Shown here: positions 26,007 to 40,000 of the stretch, piece by piece
Layout: each line of letters opens with the position of its first letter
How positions within the stretch are numbered: the stretch's first letter is position 1
DNA from: Octopus bimaculoides
Taxonomy: Eukaryota
Assembly (NCBI RefSeq): GCF_001194135.2
Contig: NC_068981.1
Span: 62,870,193-62,934,192, forward strand
DNA length: 64,000 nucleotides
Direction: 5' to 3'
Program-made: the position numbers and the translations under genes
The notes under the pieces: model-generated
Database searches by the model: none
What the model saw: the letters and a program-made list of their open reading frames with translations, nothing else
What the model was told of the DNA's origin: nothing

Positions 26007-29000
26007 TGTGTGTGTTTGTGTCTGTGTGTGCCGGAATGGTTTGGGTATTGGATTCCGTATCGTTAGAACGTAAATTCGATTTTCGAGCCTCGCAACGTGG
26101 TGTAACTTTGAGCTAGGCATTTCATTTCACAATACTCCAGTTCACTCAGCTCTAAATTAATACTAGTGACAGCTGTGATTTCATCTTGAATAGGGCCAGG
26201 TGTTCTTTTTTAATTAAATTTGTCCTCTCAGTCTCTCAACCACCACGGAACCTGTCCTGATGGGTCAGTAAGTTCGAGGATTATATATTTGCAATGAGCA
26301 AAAAATGAAGACAACACTAGAGGAACAAGTTTTAACAAATATATTGATTTAATGCTTAAGAGGAAGGGAAACAGACTTGATGTTCTGGGCGTTAGTCTTT
26401 TATCAGAAAAATAAAAGAATGGGAAAAATATAAAAAAGGATGAAAGATGGTAGGAAAGAATAAAAATAGAAAGAAAAACGCTAGGGGACAGTTTGGAATG
26501 TTGCTCTACATATTTGTGCATCTTTATGTATGTCTATATGTAGGAAGGTAGATAAAACACAAACCCCTTCAGGTAGATGGCCCTGCTCAGTATGTAGAAA
26601 AGGAGTAGGTAGTAACTCTATAAGATGTACCCGGTGCAAGCTATGGACACATAAGAGGTGCAGCAACATCAAAGGCAGGTTAACTAGCAAGTTAGTTTTT
26701 GTTTGTGGCAGATGTTCAGGTGCAATAAAGACTGCAAACAAACAGGAAACAACTTCTATCTCATTCCAGGGTGAAAAACTAGAGGTAGTCGATAGCTTCC
26801 GCTATCTGGGCGACCAAGTTAGTAGTGGGGGTGGGTGCGCTGAAAGTGTAGCTGCTAGAATAAGAATAGCCTGGGCAAAGTTTAGAGAGCTCTTNNNNNN
26901 NNNNNNNNNNNNNNNNNNNNNNNNNNNNNNNNNNNNNNNNNNNNNNNNNNNNNNNNNNNNNNNNNNNNNNNNNNNNNNNNNNNNNNNNNNNNNNNNNNNN
27001 NNNNNNNNNNNNNNNNNNNNNNNNNNNNNNNNNNNNNNNNNNNNNNNNNNNNNNNNNNNNNNNNNNNNNNNNNNNNNNNNNNNNNNNNNNNNNNNNNNNN
27101 NNNNNNNNNNNNNNNNNNNNNNNNNNNNNNNNNNNNNNNNNNNNNNNNNNNNNNNNNNNNNNNNNNNNNNNNNNNNNNNNNNNNNNNNNNNNNNNNNNNN
27201 NNNNNNNNNNNNNNNNNNNNNNNNNNNNNNNNNNNNNNNNNNNNNNNNNNNNNNNNNNNNNNNNNNNNNNNNNNNNNNNNNNNNNNNNNNNNNNNNNNNN
27301 NNNNNNNNNNNNNNNNNNNNNNNNNNNNNNNNNNNNNNNNNNNNNNNNNNNNNNNNNNNNNNNNNNNNNNNNNNNNNNNNNNNNNNNNNNNNNNNNNNNN
27401 NNNNNNNNNNNNNNNNNNNNNNNNNNNNNNNNNNNNNNNNNNNNNGGCACATAAAAGACACCATTTCGAGCGTGGCCGTTTTCGTGCGGGTGACACGTAA
27501 AAGCACCCACTACACTCTCTGAGTGGTTGGCGTTAGGAAGGGCATCCAGCTGTAGAAACTCTGCCAAATCAGACTGGAGCCTGGTGTTGCCATCCGGTTT
27601 CACCAGTCCTCAGTCAAATCGTCCAACCCATGCTAGCATGGAAAGCGGACGTTAAACGACGATGATGATGATGATATATAGGCTATAGTAGAAGACACTT
27701 GCCCAAGGTGCCACGCAGTGGGACTGAACCCAGAATCATGTGGTTGGTAAGCAAGCTACTTACCACACAGCCTGGCATAAAAGACGCGCAGCCATATTAG
27801 ATGCATTCATATTTAAAGCAACTTCACATATAAGACTTGGGTTGATTTTTTTTTTTTATGAGACTATGTTTTTTAAATGTGGGTCTTATATGCCATCAAA
27901 TACAGTAATAAATGTATTAGGTATCCACCGCCATGACTAACTTCGCTGTAGTTATTAAACTGAATGCTTTCTTTTCTTTTCTTTTTTTATTTACATTTTA
28001 GATTTCCATCATAAACATCAGCATCATAAAAGACGTACGAGGCGATCCAGTGGTCGCCCCTACTATAACCCTAACAGACGCTACACTGTTGAGTTGTTTG
28101 TGGTCGTTGATAAAGAAGCTTTAGCGAAAATACAACACATCAACCCTACAACATTTGTTTTGAATCTCTTTAATATGGTAAGTATAAGGCTTCTTCTGAG
28201 ACCACAATCTCTACTCTCTCTCTACCACTACACCTATGGTCCATCAAATCTGACAACGTTGAGCTCACAGAACACCTATGTGGAATTACAAGAAATAGAA
28301 CTCAAATTTTCCCAAAAATCACACAATCGTATTAGTAAAGAACATTTTGGATAATATAACCTTAGATTCATTGAACATAGGGAAAACGGGATGGTCATGG
28401 ATTGAACGTATTTAATCAAAGATCTGCTTAATCAGGACTAGTCTGGAATTATACAACAACAACCGACAAAGGAGCCAATAAAAGAGCTTCTACTTGGTCA
28501 TTCGACCAGCTTGTTATAGCAGCCAGATCATTTTTGTTAAGGGGGGGTAAAAATATATAATAGATATTGTATTCCTAGATATGCTCCTAAAAACGTGGGA
28601 TATTTATAGCTGAAATACCTTTGATCATAAATCAGCTCAATCAAACGAATTGTGTTTTGGGTCAATGAAATATCCTCTGCTTCTGGTTTTCAGTCTTCTG
28701 TAGCTCACTGCTCCTGTTCACCGAATGACTTTTTGCAATCACCCCTTCAAGAAAAAATGCAAATAATAAACAGCTGATTATTGTAATCAAATAGACGCTA
28801 TTTTAATATTGTGATTTACTACCCGCGTACCTATTTTCTAATATTTATATGGATTAGTACACCTATGTTAATTTCTTTTCTTTTTTTAAAAAAAAATTAC
28901 AGAAGGTGAGATTTTCTATAATCATTTCAAATTATGACCAAAACCAGCAATTTTAAGGGAAAGAGTAAGTCGGTTACGTAGACCCAAGAGCCCAGCTGAT

Positions 29001-31882
29001 ATCTTATTGACACCACCACCCCGCCCCCGAAAGGATGAAAGGCAATGTGGACTTTGGCGGAATTTGAACTCAGAACGAAAAACATGCTCACGATTCTGCC
29101 AGCTTTATATAATCCTTTCTACTAAAGGTACAAGGCCTGAAATCTTGGATAAGGGGACTAGTGGAATGCATTTACCTCAGTGTTTCACTGGTAATTAATT
29201 TATTGACCCCAAAAGGATGAAAAGCAAAGTCGACTTCGGCAGAATTTGAACTCAGAATGTAGAGACGGACGAAATGCCGCTAGGCGTTTTCCCGGCGTGA
29301 TAACGATTTTGCCTGTTCGCCGTCTTAAGGCTTTACATAATGAAATTACATTTGACCTTGACGTATCATTATTCATGCTTCTGCTTATTAATAATATGTT
29401 ATATCACTCGTATTTTATTCCCAACAAAAATTTTCTTTTAATGTGTTTAAAGTATAAGTGTCGTACTTAATTCAAATATTTTAGTTCTAAATAAACTCAC
29501 AGGTCTTTACACATTCAGTGCACTCCATAACGCCTCTTCAATATTTTCTGCCATTTTGTAAGCCCACAACGGTTCTAGGGGGCGTTACCGCCCAGATTAA
29601 AAATCACTCTACATCAAGACATTTCCCATAGGTTCAATAAATACGTACCGTAGAATATGAGCCTCTCACCACTGCAATGTCAGGGTATTTTGTTTAACTT
29701 ACACGCTCAAGCCTATGTAATGTGTTTATATATGACAAGTGGAAACCACTTTAGTAAATGCAAGAATCAAGGTAATATTTCTGTATACGAGGTTATACTC
29801 TGGGGAAAACATTTATTATATCGGTACTCTGTGGAAATGGATGAATGTCTCTCTTGAGAATATGTGAACTTTGATCAACGTAAATAGAACGAGAATAGTT
29901 TGGCGAGACGTAAGAGCGTCTGACAACTAACCAAGGGATCAGCAATTCACGCCTTACTCTCCTCATTGCATTTTTGTGTTCAAATAGCTAAATATAACAA
30001 ATTATAAATAAGTGCTGTAGAGCGGAAACAACTCACTGCTATAAGAAGTGTTAAAACTGTAAATTTGTCAATTTTGTTATCTTGTTTTACTGGTACCATT
30101 TTATTTGCCTTAAATCTTGAACATTTTCCAGGTTGGCATGTATTATGCACAAAAGAGTCTCGGAATTCAAGTTCATATCGCTGTTACCGATATTTTATTT
30201 ATGAGAAGAAATGAGGTAAGATGTCTTTTTATCACTTTGGTCTGTGGATAAATATATATTAGATAAGAAAAATAAGAAATGCGTGTACAATCCTTCTTAT
30301 AGCCTTGCTATATTAAATCTATTGAATTTTAAATGAATTACTGACAGATTTTTTTTCAATAGTTAAACCAATCAAAATTTATATTCCTAGGGCGAAGCTT
30401 TATTCTATAAACTTTTACTTCACTTAAGCTGCAAATACTCTTGTGGGAGTCATGAACATCTATTTTTATACTCTATTTCTCACTTTCTAAAACAAAAGGT
30501 CTTGTATGTCTATTTATCTCATTAGATGAGCACAATTTTCCCTTAAAATAAAAGCAAGCTATCTGAAAAAGATGCAACCGGTATCATTGTACATCGTCAA
30601 AAGAAATTTTCCCTGTTCAGAAAATTTCATTACGTAAAGATCGTATCAAACAAATAATTCTTTTCTTCTCAATTCGAATCTCCCATGATTAGAATATTTA
30701 AAAATTTAAACCTGACACAAAGATCACATTAAACGAATTTGATATATAAGAACAATTATTGGCAGTGTTAAGATGAACCCGTGAAATTTGAACTCGCGAC
30801 GTCGAACGTATGATTGAAAGTATATTTCAGTGTTCTGCCGTTTCTACCCTTCCTCGACCTACTCATTACTGAACTACTAATATTTTAAAATAGGACATAT
30901 TGTGACCAATGGTTTTGCAGGTTGTTATGAATTGTAACAAATCATTGAATTATTCGTATTTACCCGCCGTGGTTGGACTTTACCTTTTATTTTTGCGAAG
31001 TTGAAAAACTACAGTACAGGTATTGAGGTGGAAGGTATGGACTACCACTCTCCCCTCAAACTTTGCTAGCCTGTTGCTTAAATTAGAAACCAAACTAATA
31101 ATAATTATGTGAACTACCTGTGTAACACTCTACATCAGCAATTTTTAACTGTTTTCAATCCACATCGCATTGTATAAGACGCTAAGATTTTATTATATAT
31201 AAAAACCATTAACAAGAATTATTTATACAGGCGCAAGTTGTGTCTGTATAAATTTTTTTTGCATTTACCAATACATATAAACTGCAGAGATGAGACGTTA
31301 GCAATGCAATTCATAGCAATACTTGTGAAGATATATACTGATTTCATTTCCATTTCTGGAATGAAAGCACAATGACTGACTAAAATTTGTTGTGTTAACA
31401 TTTTCTACTCTATAGAAACAGCATTTATTTCATATTACGTATTGTAAATAGAATACAATATGCAGCCACATATCAAAGCAAGAGAGAAAATATATTTAAA
31501 ATATAAGTATAAATGAAAAGTCTTGGGAAAATTGTGACTCATAATAAAAATCTCCTGTCCAACATAGGACAGTTGACATGCATTTCCTAAAGTTCTCTTC
31601 CAGTGTTTGAAGCTGCGACCTGTACTTGTTCTTAATCATGTTCATAGCAGACAGAAACCAGCTTCACAATGATATGCGGTTGAGAAAGGAAGATTGCTTT
31701 AAGTGTTTTCATGATTAAGTATTTTTGGTAGAGAGACAACGAGAACGACGTTATGTCTCTTATTGAGTGTTGCAGTCTCAGTTCTCTGTCATTTCTTATT
31801 TCCGTTAACTTGGCTGATTTCTGTCCGCTTCTCAAAATTTGTCAGTTCAAACATTTCACTTCGTTCTCTTTTATTATCATTA

Positions 31883-31917
<35 letters not shown>

Positions 31918-34900
31918 ATCGTGATGTTGATGATGTCTCGCCTCAATGTTAGTTTTTTTGTTTTTTTTCTTTAAAAGAATTAATTTCGTCAGTACAAGTA
32001 TCTTACTTGTACTGACAAATTTAAACCTTTATGTGCATTCGTTTCCTGCACAATCTTATCAAGTGCATTCAAAAACTTTTATTGTCCTACATTTCATCGC
32101 TAAGCAGGTCAGCTAGCCCAGATTTTGCAGACGAGAAAAATTATAGTTGTATGCGACTGGTAACATGGAATAGAGTACAACTTGTTACATGGTCGGATCG
32201 TCGGCGACTAAACCGGCATCCACACTAGGTTTGCCTAGTGAGGAGGGTTACTAGAAACCCAGCAGGGCTAAAAGCAAACCTATCAAAAGGACGGTTGACC
32301 CTAATGTAGGTTCAACGACTATCTAGCAATAGCACAGGTCCTCAGAAATTCCGAGTTGGTGTTCCAGTATGCTTGAAGACCATTGAAAAGTAGAAACCCC
32401 TCAACTTTTGTTCAAGCATTTCTCTAGGAAAATGTCATTCTAATATACCAGATATACAGGGAATGGCATGGAATTTTGGCGGGGATCTTTTTGAAAGAGA
32501 CTCACTTTGCTGAGGCTGCGACCTATATTAGAACCGAATATCTTGTTCTGGCTTGTCTCTGGATCATGCCAATAGGGTGGAGAGGGTCCGCGAGATGTTG
32601 AAAAAAACCTTGTTGAACCTAAAATTTTAGATTGCGCAATCGCCATCGAGGTAACTTCTTAGTTCCCGGTCGAGTAGGAAGGCGCTGCAAATGGACAAAG
32701 AATTGTCCATTTGTATATAAATTAGTCAGGAAGAAGAAATCGTTTAATCAGTGATTGATATTGAAGTTTATTGACTACCATTGCGAAAACCGCTCGAATT
32801 GGAAACTACGAACATAATTAGAGTGGATGGTTGAACGGTATCTGGAAGTTTCAGATTAACTCTTGACACATTAATACTTTTCTCATAATCTTCTTTTTCT
32901 GTAACAGTGTCTTTCTCAGTCATACCTTCTTATAAATAGGTTATAGAATTCTTGCTCCATTAACATATAAAGCGCGACGGGCCACAATCGTAGCCGTCAG
33001 GCCACGATTGTGGCCCAGATCGATGTATTTAATTTATGGGCGTTTGTTGGGGTCTAATGTCACTCAAACACTCCGATACCCAGCAAAATGCAAGATGACT
33101 AATAGTTCAACTAATGAATTTCAGGTGATGTAAAACTTGCCACCATTATATACTAAGAAGATATTTTAACTATTTTTTGTTTTCATATATGCAATGTAGT
33201 CTCATTTTCATAGAATGTACTCAGTAGTCTATGCTATGTAAATGCAAATCCCAGCTCTTTATCGGTTAAAACCCATTGGCTTCATGTCAGTTTTCCGAAC
33301 AGCAAAACTTTTCAAGTGGTTCGTTCACGATGAGGTTCTCAAACTACTACCACTTGGTTTTTATCTTTTTCTTCCTTGTATCCCGCATTTTTTTCCGATA
33401 CTGTTCGTCTGCCCCATTCTTGTAATTTTCTATTCATTTTCTATAGCGTTAATCTGTTTGTTTGTTTTTCTGTGTTTCCTTTTCTTCTTTTCGATGTTAC
33501 TTTTTTTATCCAAAAAAGATAAGTTGTCTGGACATGCACGATTAATTTTAATAATGGTTAATTATACCAGTTAGCAATACTTAGTCAATTAAAACTTAAA
33601 ATCTATCCTACCTACTGTGACACGGTTATTAATGCAGTCAAAAATTTTTTTCTCTTTTTCTCTTAACAGAGAAAGTTTAACACTCGCCAAAACAGTTTCA
33701 TTCCATATTCCTTTTTAGTTAGGGAGAAGTAAAGTAAAGTGACGTGAGTAAAAGGTGGACGATTTTCAGTACTGACAGACTATCCTATTTCGAATAAGAA
33801 CTTATGAAACTTTTGCCATGTTTCATATTTTGATGTTTTAAATTCTTAAACATTATCTCTACATATTCTAGCCGGAAATTATTTACAGAAAAGGTCCTGG
33901 ATATACACTCAATAACTTTTGTAGGTGGATATATGATCAAAGATACAGGAGACAACAATTTGACCATGCTGTGCTGCTAACTGGACAAAAAATGTGCCCT
34001 GGTACCCATTGCAATTCAGTCGGTAGGTGCAGCTAACATCGTCGTCTTTCTTGTTTAGTTTTTGTCGTTAAATTTGGGGTGGAGTCGGCATGAGGAGATG
34101 CTCCATACTTCAATTCGAAATGTACGTAAGTACTATCTCAGTGTTGCTAGTACACTAAAAATAGTCCGAGGGAGAGAATGAGAAATGAAGAAAAATAACA
34201 AGCTTTGTCGACTGAATATCTACTTGCTATCTCACGAAAAATTGTTGTTTTGAATACCAACAGTTGATCTCATAACATAGATTATTAACCTCAAATATTC
34301 GACTAAAAGCAACTACGAGTTAAATAAGAGCTAAGTAAGTGCTGCAGCTCATTCCGCTGCATTAAATCATTGTTTTATTCCAGTTACTATAGAGGTAAAT
34401 TAAACACTTTTTAGTTGTATGTCTTTGTTCACATTCTGGCATTAAAACACTGTTTTCACTCTGCAATGTACAACTACAGTTAAAGCCTAAAAACAAATTC
34501 ACTTTGCAAAACATTTTATCTGCGTGCAGGGTATGCATCGTCCCACCGATGCCTTTTTTATCATTCCGCTTCGTAATAGCTACTTAAGTGAACTGAATGT
34601 TCCGTGCTTGTTGATTTGGACATCTGTAGGGGTTCGTCTAAGCAGTAAGATCACTGCGTAATTCGTATATTTTATTGGATTGTAATTCTGTAGGAATGAA
34701 TGTGTGACATGTTGATTTTTTTTTTTCTTTATCATAATAGTATTTAGCGAAGTCCCAATAACATTACCTTGGAGAAGAAAAATGGCTGATCGCATATGCT
34801 ATCAGCCAAAGACCTTTGAACATGTACATTATATCTCGAAATTTAGGACTCATAAAGCCTATTACCCGGTTTCCATAGCGTATAAGTGACTGGGATCACA

Positions 34901-36995
34901 ACATTGCCCCTGAAAGGGATGCCAGTCTGTCGCAGAGTTACACATTGAGAGCTGAGTGGGCTGGAGCAACTTGAAATGAATTGTTTTGCTCAAAAACACT
35001 ACGCAATGTCCGGTCTGGGAGTCGAAACCACTATTTTACGATTGTGAGTGCAACACCGTAACTACTACGCAACACTCCTCTACACAACAAAGACCTTTAC
35101 TTTACATCTATGCACATCTATTGCGGATTCTTCGTTGAATGTTTCTAAAGCAGACTTTGTTTCTATACACCGCAGCTCAGTCTAATTGGTGTAAATAAGA
35201 ACTACATCTTCTTTGAATGTTATCTTTCGCAGAATGTCGAAGTAACCAGCGAAATATAAATTTCATTTGCTTAATTTGGTAGACTTAATCCTTCGCTCGA
35301 TTTAATACGAAAACCAAGTACCTTGGGTCCCGTTAGCGGAGTACAGTCTGTTACAAGGACTCGGGCAAGTTCTGCATTTTGAGTATACTTTCCTCCCTCT
35401 TTCCTTCTCTCCTTCCTACAAGTCTCGGAGGCTCTGAGAAGGATGCTGGGTTCTTTCTTTCCTCTTGTCTAAAAAGATAAATAAAGGTCATGAAACTAAA
35501 GTAAATAACCTGCTTTCAACAGCTTCTTAATATTTAAAAGACATTGTTTGTTTGTTTTCATTTTGGGCTAGGAACTCATTTACGTTTCATCCTACTTTTC
35601 ATTGTTTAAGATGTGATATCTCCAACCTACAAAAATATTTTTGTTTTTGCACACTAAGCCTTTGTGAAAACAATTATACATTTGTTTATTTTTTTGAAAA
35701 TGCATATTTCTGAAGTATATACATATAATAACATTGACGCTTTTACACTGAAAATCTTAGTATCCCTTGTGTTCTCTCTGATAGGTTATGGTCGTATTGG
35801 AGATATGTGTATGGAACGTTCAAGCTGTTCATTGGTCAGACTTAGAGGATTACATTCAGCTTTAATAGCAGCACATGAAATTGGACATAGGTGAGTTATG
35901 TGATTACAACAAACGGTTTGTTCATGTATCTATTTGCAATCAGGTCATAATAGCAGCTAGCTGAATTTATAGTGTGCAAGATTTCTGATAAATTTTTTAT
36001 GGTTTGTATCCCGGCTCTGGCTGCGTAACTTTTTCTTTCTTTTCTCTTTCTTTATTTTTGTGGTGGACGGGGTGAGCGAAGTATAGGAATAAAATTCTTA
36101 ACATTCAGTTAGTCCACTCCACTAATATACAGGGTGCGATGGGTAAATTGTCACCATTTTATATTTTTAATTTCACGCATACGCATTGTTTGTTTTTTTT
36201 ATTTTGTCGACTATACAGTATAGTAGGGTCAGTTGGGCACTGTTTGTGAGAAAAACGGCACCACAATGCAATTCACTCTACCAGAAATATAGAAGCGACA
36301 TGTCGTGCTGCTTGGCATCCGCGCCGAAAGCTCCAATACGAAGCGCCGGAAACTTCTATACGAACATGTACCGTGAGTGATAAAAATCAAGCATCTAGTC
36401 AACATCATAGTGTTTGGAATGATCACATGTGATGACGACGTTATTCTTCCATTCATCTTCCTACACAGCCTCACATTCAACATGGAGGCCTACATCAAGT
36501 GCTTAGGGGAGGTAGTGCTGCCCTGAGTCAAGAGGGTGGATGCTGGAAGACCCTGTGTCTGGCAACAGGACTCTGCACCATGCCACACAACTAGAAGAAC
36601 CCAGTCATGGCTGTCAGAAAATTTCGTGACCACATCACCCCTAACATCTGGCCACCTAACTCCCCAGACTGCAACCCCCTCCATTATTATGTGTGTGGTG
36701 CAGTTGAGCGAGAGGTCAGCAAAACTCCTTGTAACACCAAAGATGAACTGAAGGCAAGGATTATGGCAGCATTCACCCACTTAAACAAGCAGACCGTCCA
36801 GAAGAGTTGCAGAAGATTCCGAAGTTGTCTGAAGGCCGTGGTTGAAGGCAATGGCGATTTTATTGAATAAATTTACTCTTTAGTATTTCAAGATACTTTT
36901 ATGTAATTTTGGTCAATACATCTGTTAAAATGAGATGTCAGTATTATTTTCATTTTTGCATAATTTAGACGACAATATATTCACCGCAACCTGTA

Positions 36996-37043
<48 letters not shown>

Positions 37044-40000
37044 ATGTATGGATACCTTTTTACACATGCACACACACCCTCCCCCCTTCCTAATTATCCT
37101 CATAAAACCACTTTCTCACGTTACTAGCCCCTTTTCCAGCCTCCTTTTCTCATATATTTTTACCTGTTATGTGTGTGCTCATATATGTGTGTGTGTGTTG
37201 GTGAATGCGTATTTTATGTATATATTTTGACCTGTTATGTGTGCGGTTATATATATGTATATATATATATATATATACACACATTAATGCAAGGAATTAG
37301 CAAGTAAAGTGCTGAATCAGGGATTATATTCTTAAGATCATATTCTATTGCAATAAAAGCATTATATATGACATTAAGAGCCAAATGCACTGAATAAAAT
37401 GCATCTTAACTGGTATTAGTCAAAGTATAACTCAATTAAAGATATCAACGTATAACTATAATTATAAATAATTCAGAGCCACGGCATTAGTTCCAGTGAG
37501 GAAATATATTGCTGTAAGTCAGATACACTATATTAAGGAAATAATGTCTAGTTCAACTTAAAGGTTTACGGTTTTCTCCTACCACTAAATGTTGTTTCTG
37601 TATTGACTTTCCTTGTGGTGTGTGAACGGATAGCTGTCAGATAACAGAATTACTTATACTGTCTGTCTGTCAGTTTGTATACATGTGTGTATGTATGTCA
37701 TTATTCAGTTTTATTTCAAGATTTTTTGCCAATAAAGAGCCAGTTTCTAACCTAGACCCAAGGCTCCTTCATTGGAATTTCAACATCAACAAGGTATTTT
37801 TGTTGGTAAATTTATAAATTCGCACCAGACTCGATTTCGGTAGTAAATAATTTTTCCCCGGGTTTTTTTTTTTTTTTTTTTTTTTAGTGTGTGCAATCGT
37901 CTTTGTTGGCTTCGTAAACTGTCGGAAACACATTCTTCCGCAGAAAACGGAGGAGTTGGATGTGGGGTGGTACCTCAGAAATTCCCCTTCCCGACCCTAT
38001 TTTTTTTTCTTTTTCGTTGCAATCGTTTTAATTGACCTTATATATATAATCAGTTAATTCCATTTACAGATTGTATATTCTAATTAAAATGTTTGTTTGG
38101 TTGTTCGCTGGAATTGAGCGGATTAGCAAACGTCGCTTTGTTGTTCCTCTGATTGGTCAGAAGCGTGACAAAGCGACATTGCTTCCATTAATTCAAAAAT
38201 GCATCAAACCTGGCTCAGTTATCTACAGTGATTCTGGGGCAGCTTACAAAGATATACAAACATTGGGCTATCAACATTACATGATAAACCACAAAGAAAA
38301 TCTTGTTGACACCACATACACACACAGAACATCGAACGTTTTTGGCGAGATTTAAAAGAATGGGTGAAAAGGCCGAGTATTCCTTCAAACTATCTACACC
38401 AGTACCTGGCTAGGTATTTATTTATCTCTGCTACAGAAAACAAAAAAAATTACTGCACCAATTTTTTATTGAAGCAGAAAAATTATAAACACCCCCTCCC
38501 AGATCGCCAGTAAAGGATCGATTCCAGGACATATCTGGAGACAGAAGATATACAGGACTGCCCTAGGTTCCGCACCCCCTCCGTTTTCCACGGACAAAAT
38601 GCATTTCCCACACATTATGAGGTCAATTAAGACGATTGCATATCCCAGTGCTCCAATAATTACAGGTATAAACCTGAACTTGTAATCTGGATAGAGTAAC
38701 GGCAGATTTCTCAATAGTTCAGCATATGTATTCTCTTTCTCATTGATTTTTAGCTTTATGTTAACATCTGCTGGACAGATAATTTCCACAACTGTGCTCA
38801 GTTCCTCTTCTCTATCCCAAGTCATTATACGTATGTCACTGTTCAGTTTTATTTCAAGATTCCTTGCCAATAGAGAAAGAGCCGGTTTCTAACCTAGATT
38901 CAAGACTCCTTCATTGAAATTTCAACATCAGCAACGGAGTATTTTTGTTTGTATGTATGTATGTATGTATGTATGTAAACAGAATTAATTATACGGTAGG
39001 TAGGTAGGTAGGCGGCCGGACAGACAGACAGACAGAGACGGACTCACACATATACAGGGTATACCAGCTATTTGAGAACAAAATTTTAAGGATACAAAAA
39101 TATTTATTAGAAAAGCTAGTATAGTTTTAGGGAGTTCGATACACATATTCTTACATACACATATCAAAATGTTATTCGTTTAAATCGCCATCAGTCTCAA
39201 TTACTGCCTCAATACGGTTTCTGAAACAATTAAATGCTTTGATCAGATGATTTTTATTCAGGTTGGCTATAACGTCTCCAATTTCAGACATCCTCGAGTT
39301 TTTGGTATTGTAGACATATTTGTTAGTTTTCCTCTCCGTGGCGCGCCAGACGTAGTAGTCCAGGCAGTAAGTCAAATCAGGGGAGCTAGGAGGCAAAATA
39401 TTAAGAGTAAAATGATCCTGAAAATCTTCGACCATTCATTTCTGAGTCATGCAGGTTATATGAGAGGCAGAAGAGTCTTATGGGAACACGTATGACCTCC
39501 CCCGAGCAACTTTCTCGATCCGGGACTTCACAACTGTCACTATCGTTTCCTTGAAGGCTGCCGTATTGACCTTAAGACTTTGCGCAGAGAAAGTGAGTAG
39601 GCATGACATGGCCTTCACTGCTCGCGAAACCACCAAGACTATCACCAGAAGGTGAGCACTTGATTTGCATATGAGGATTTCAGTGGGGCTGGCACAGAGT
39701 CATCTATCATTCTTCCTGTCCACATTTTGATCTTGGACGAAGTTCTTATCTGAAAAGAAGCAGAGCAATTCGGGCCATTTCGGGATGTTTGATTTTGTTC
39801 AGCAAGCGCTTCGACCGGTCTTATCGGACACGAAATGCCTTCTTCTCAAAATATGGGATTTGTACCTGATGTTCTCGTGCACCACACGTCGAATCGTTGA
39901 CTCCAGTACTTGGAGATGATTGGCAATGGCCTTCACTGACTAGCCGAGGTTTTTGTTGATGATTTCCTGGACTTGCTGGACAAACTTGGCTTTTCCGACA

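Noticed and set aside
33670-33720. Exon after the cttaacag acceptor
   Set aside because: Not needed by the phase-consistent model and shows no ADAMTS similarity.
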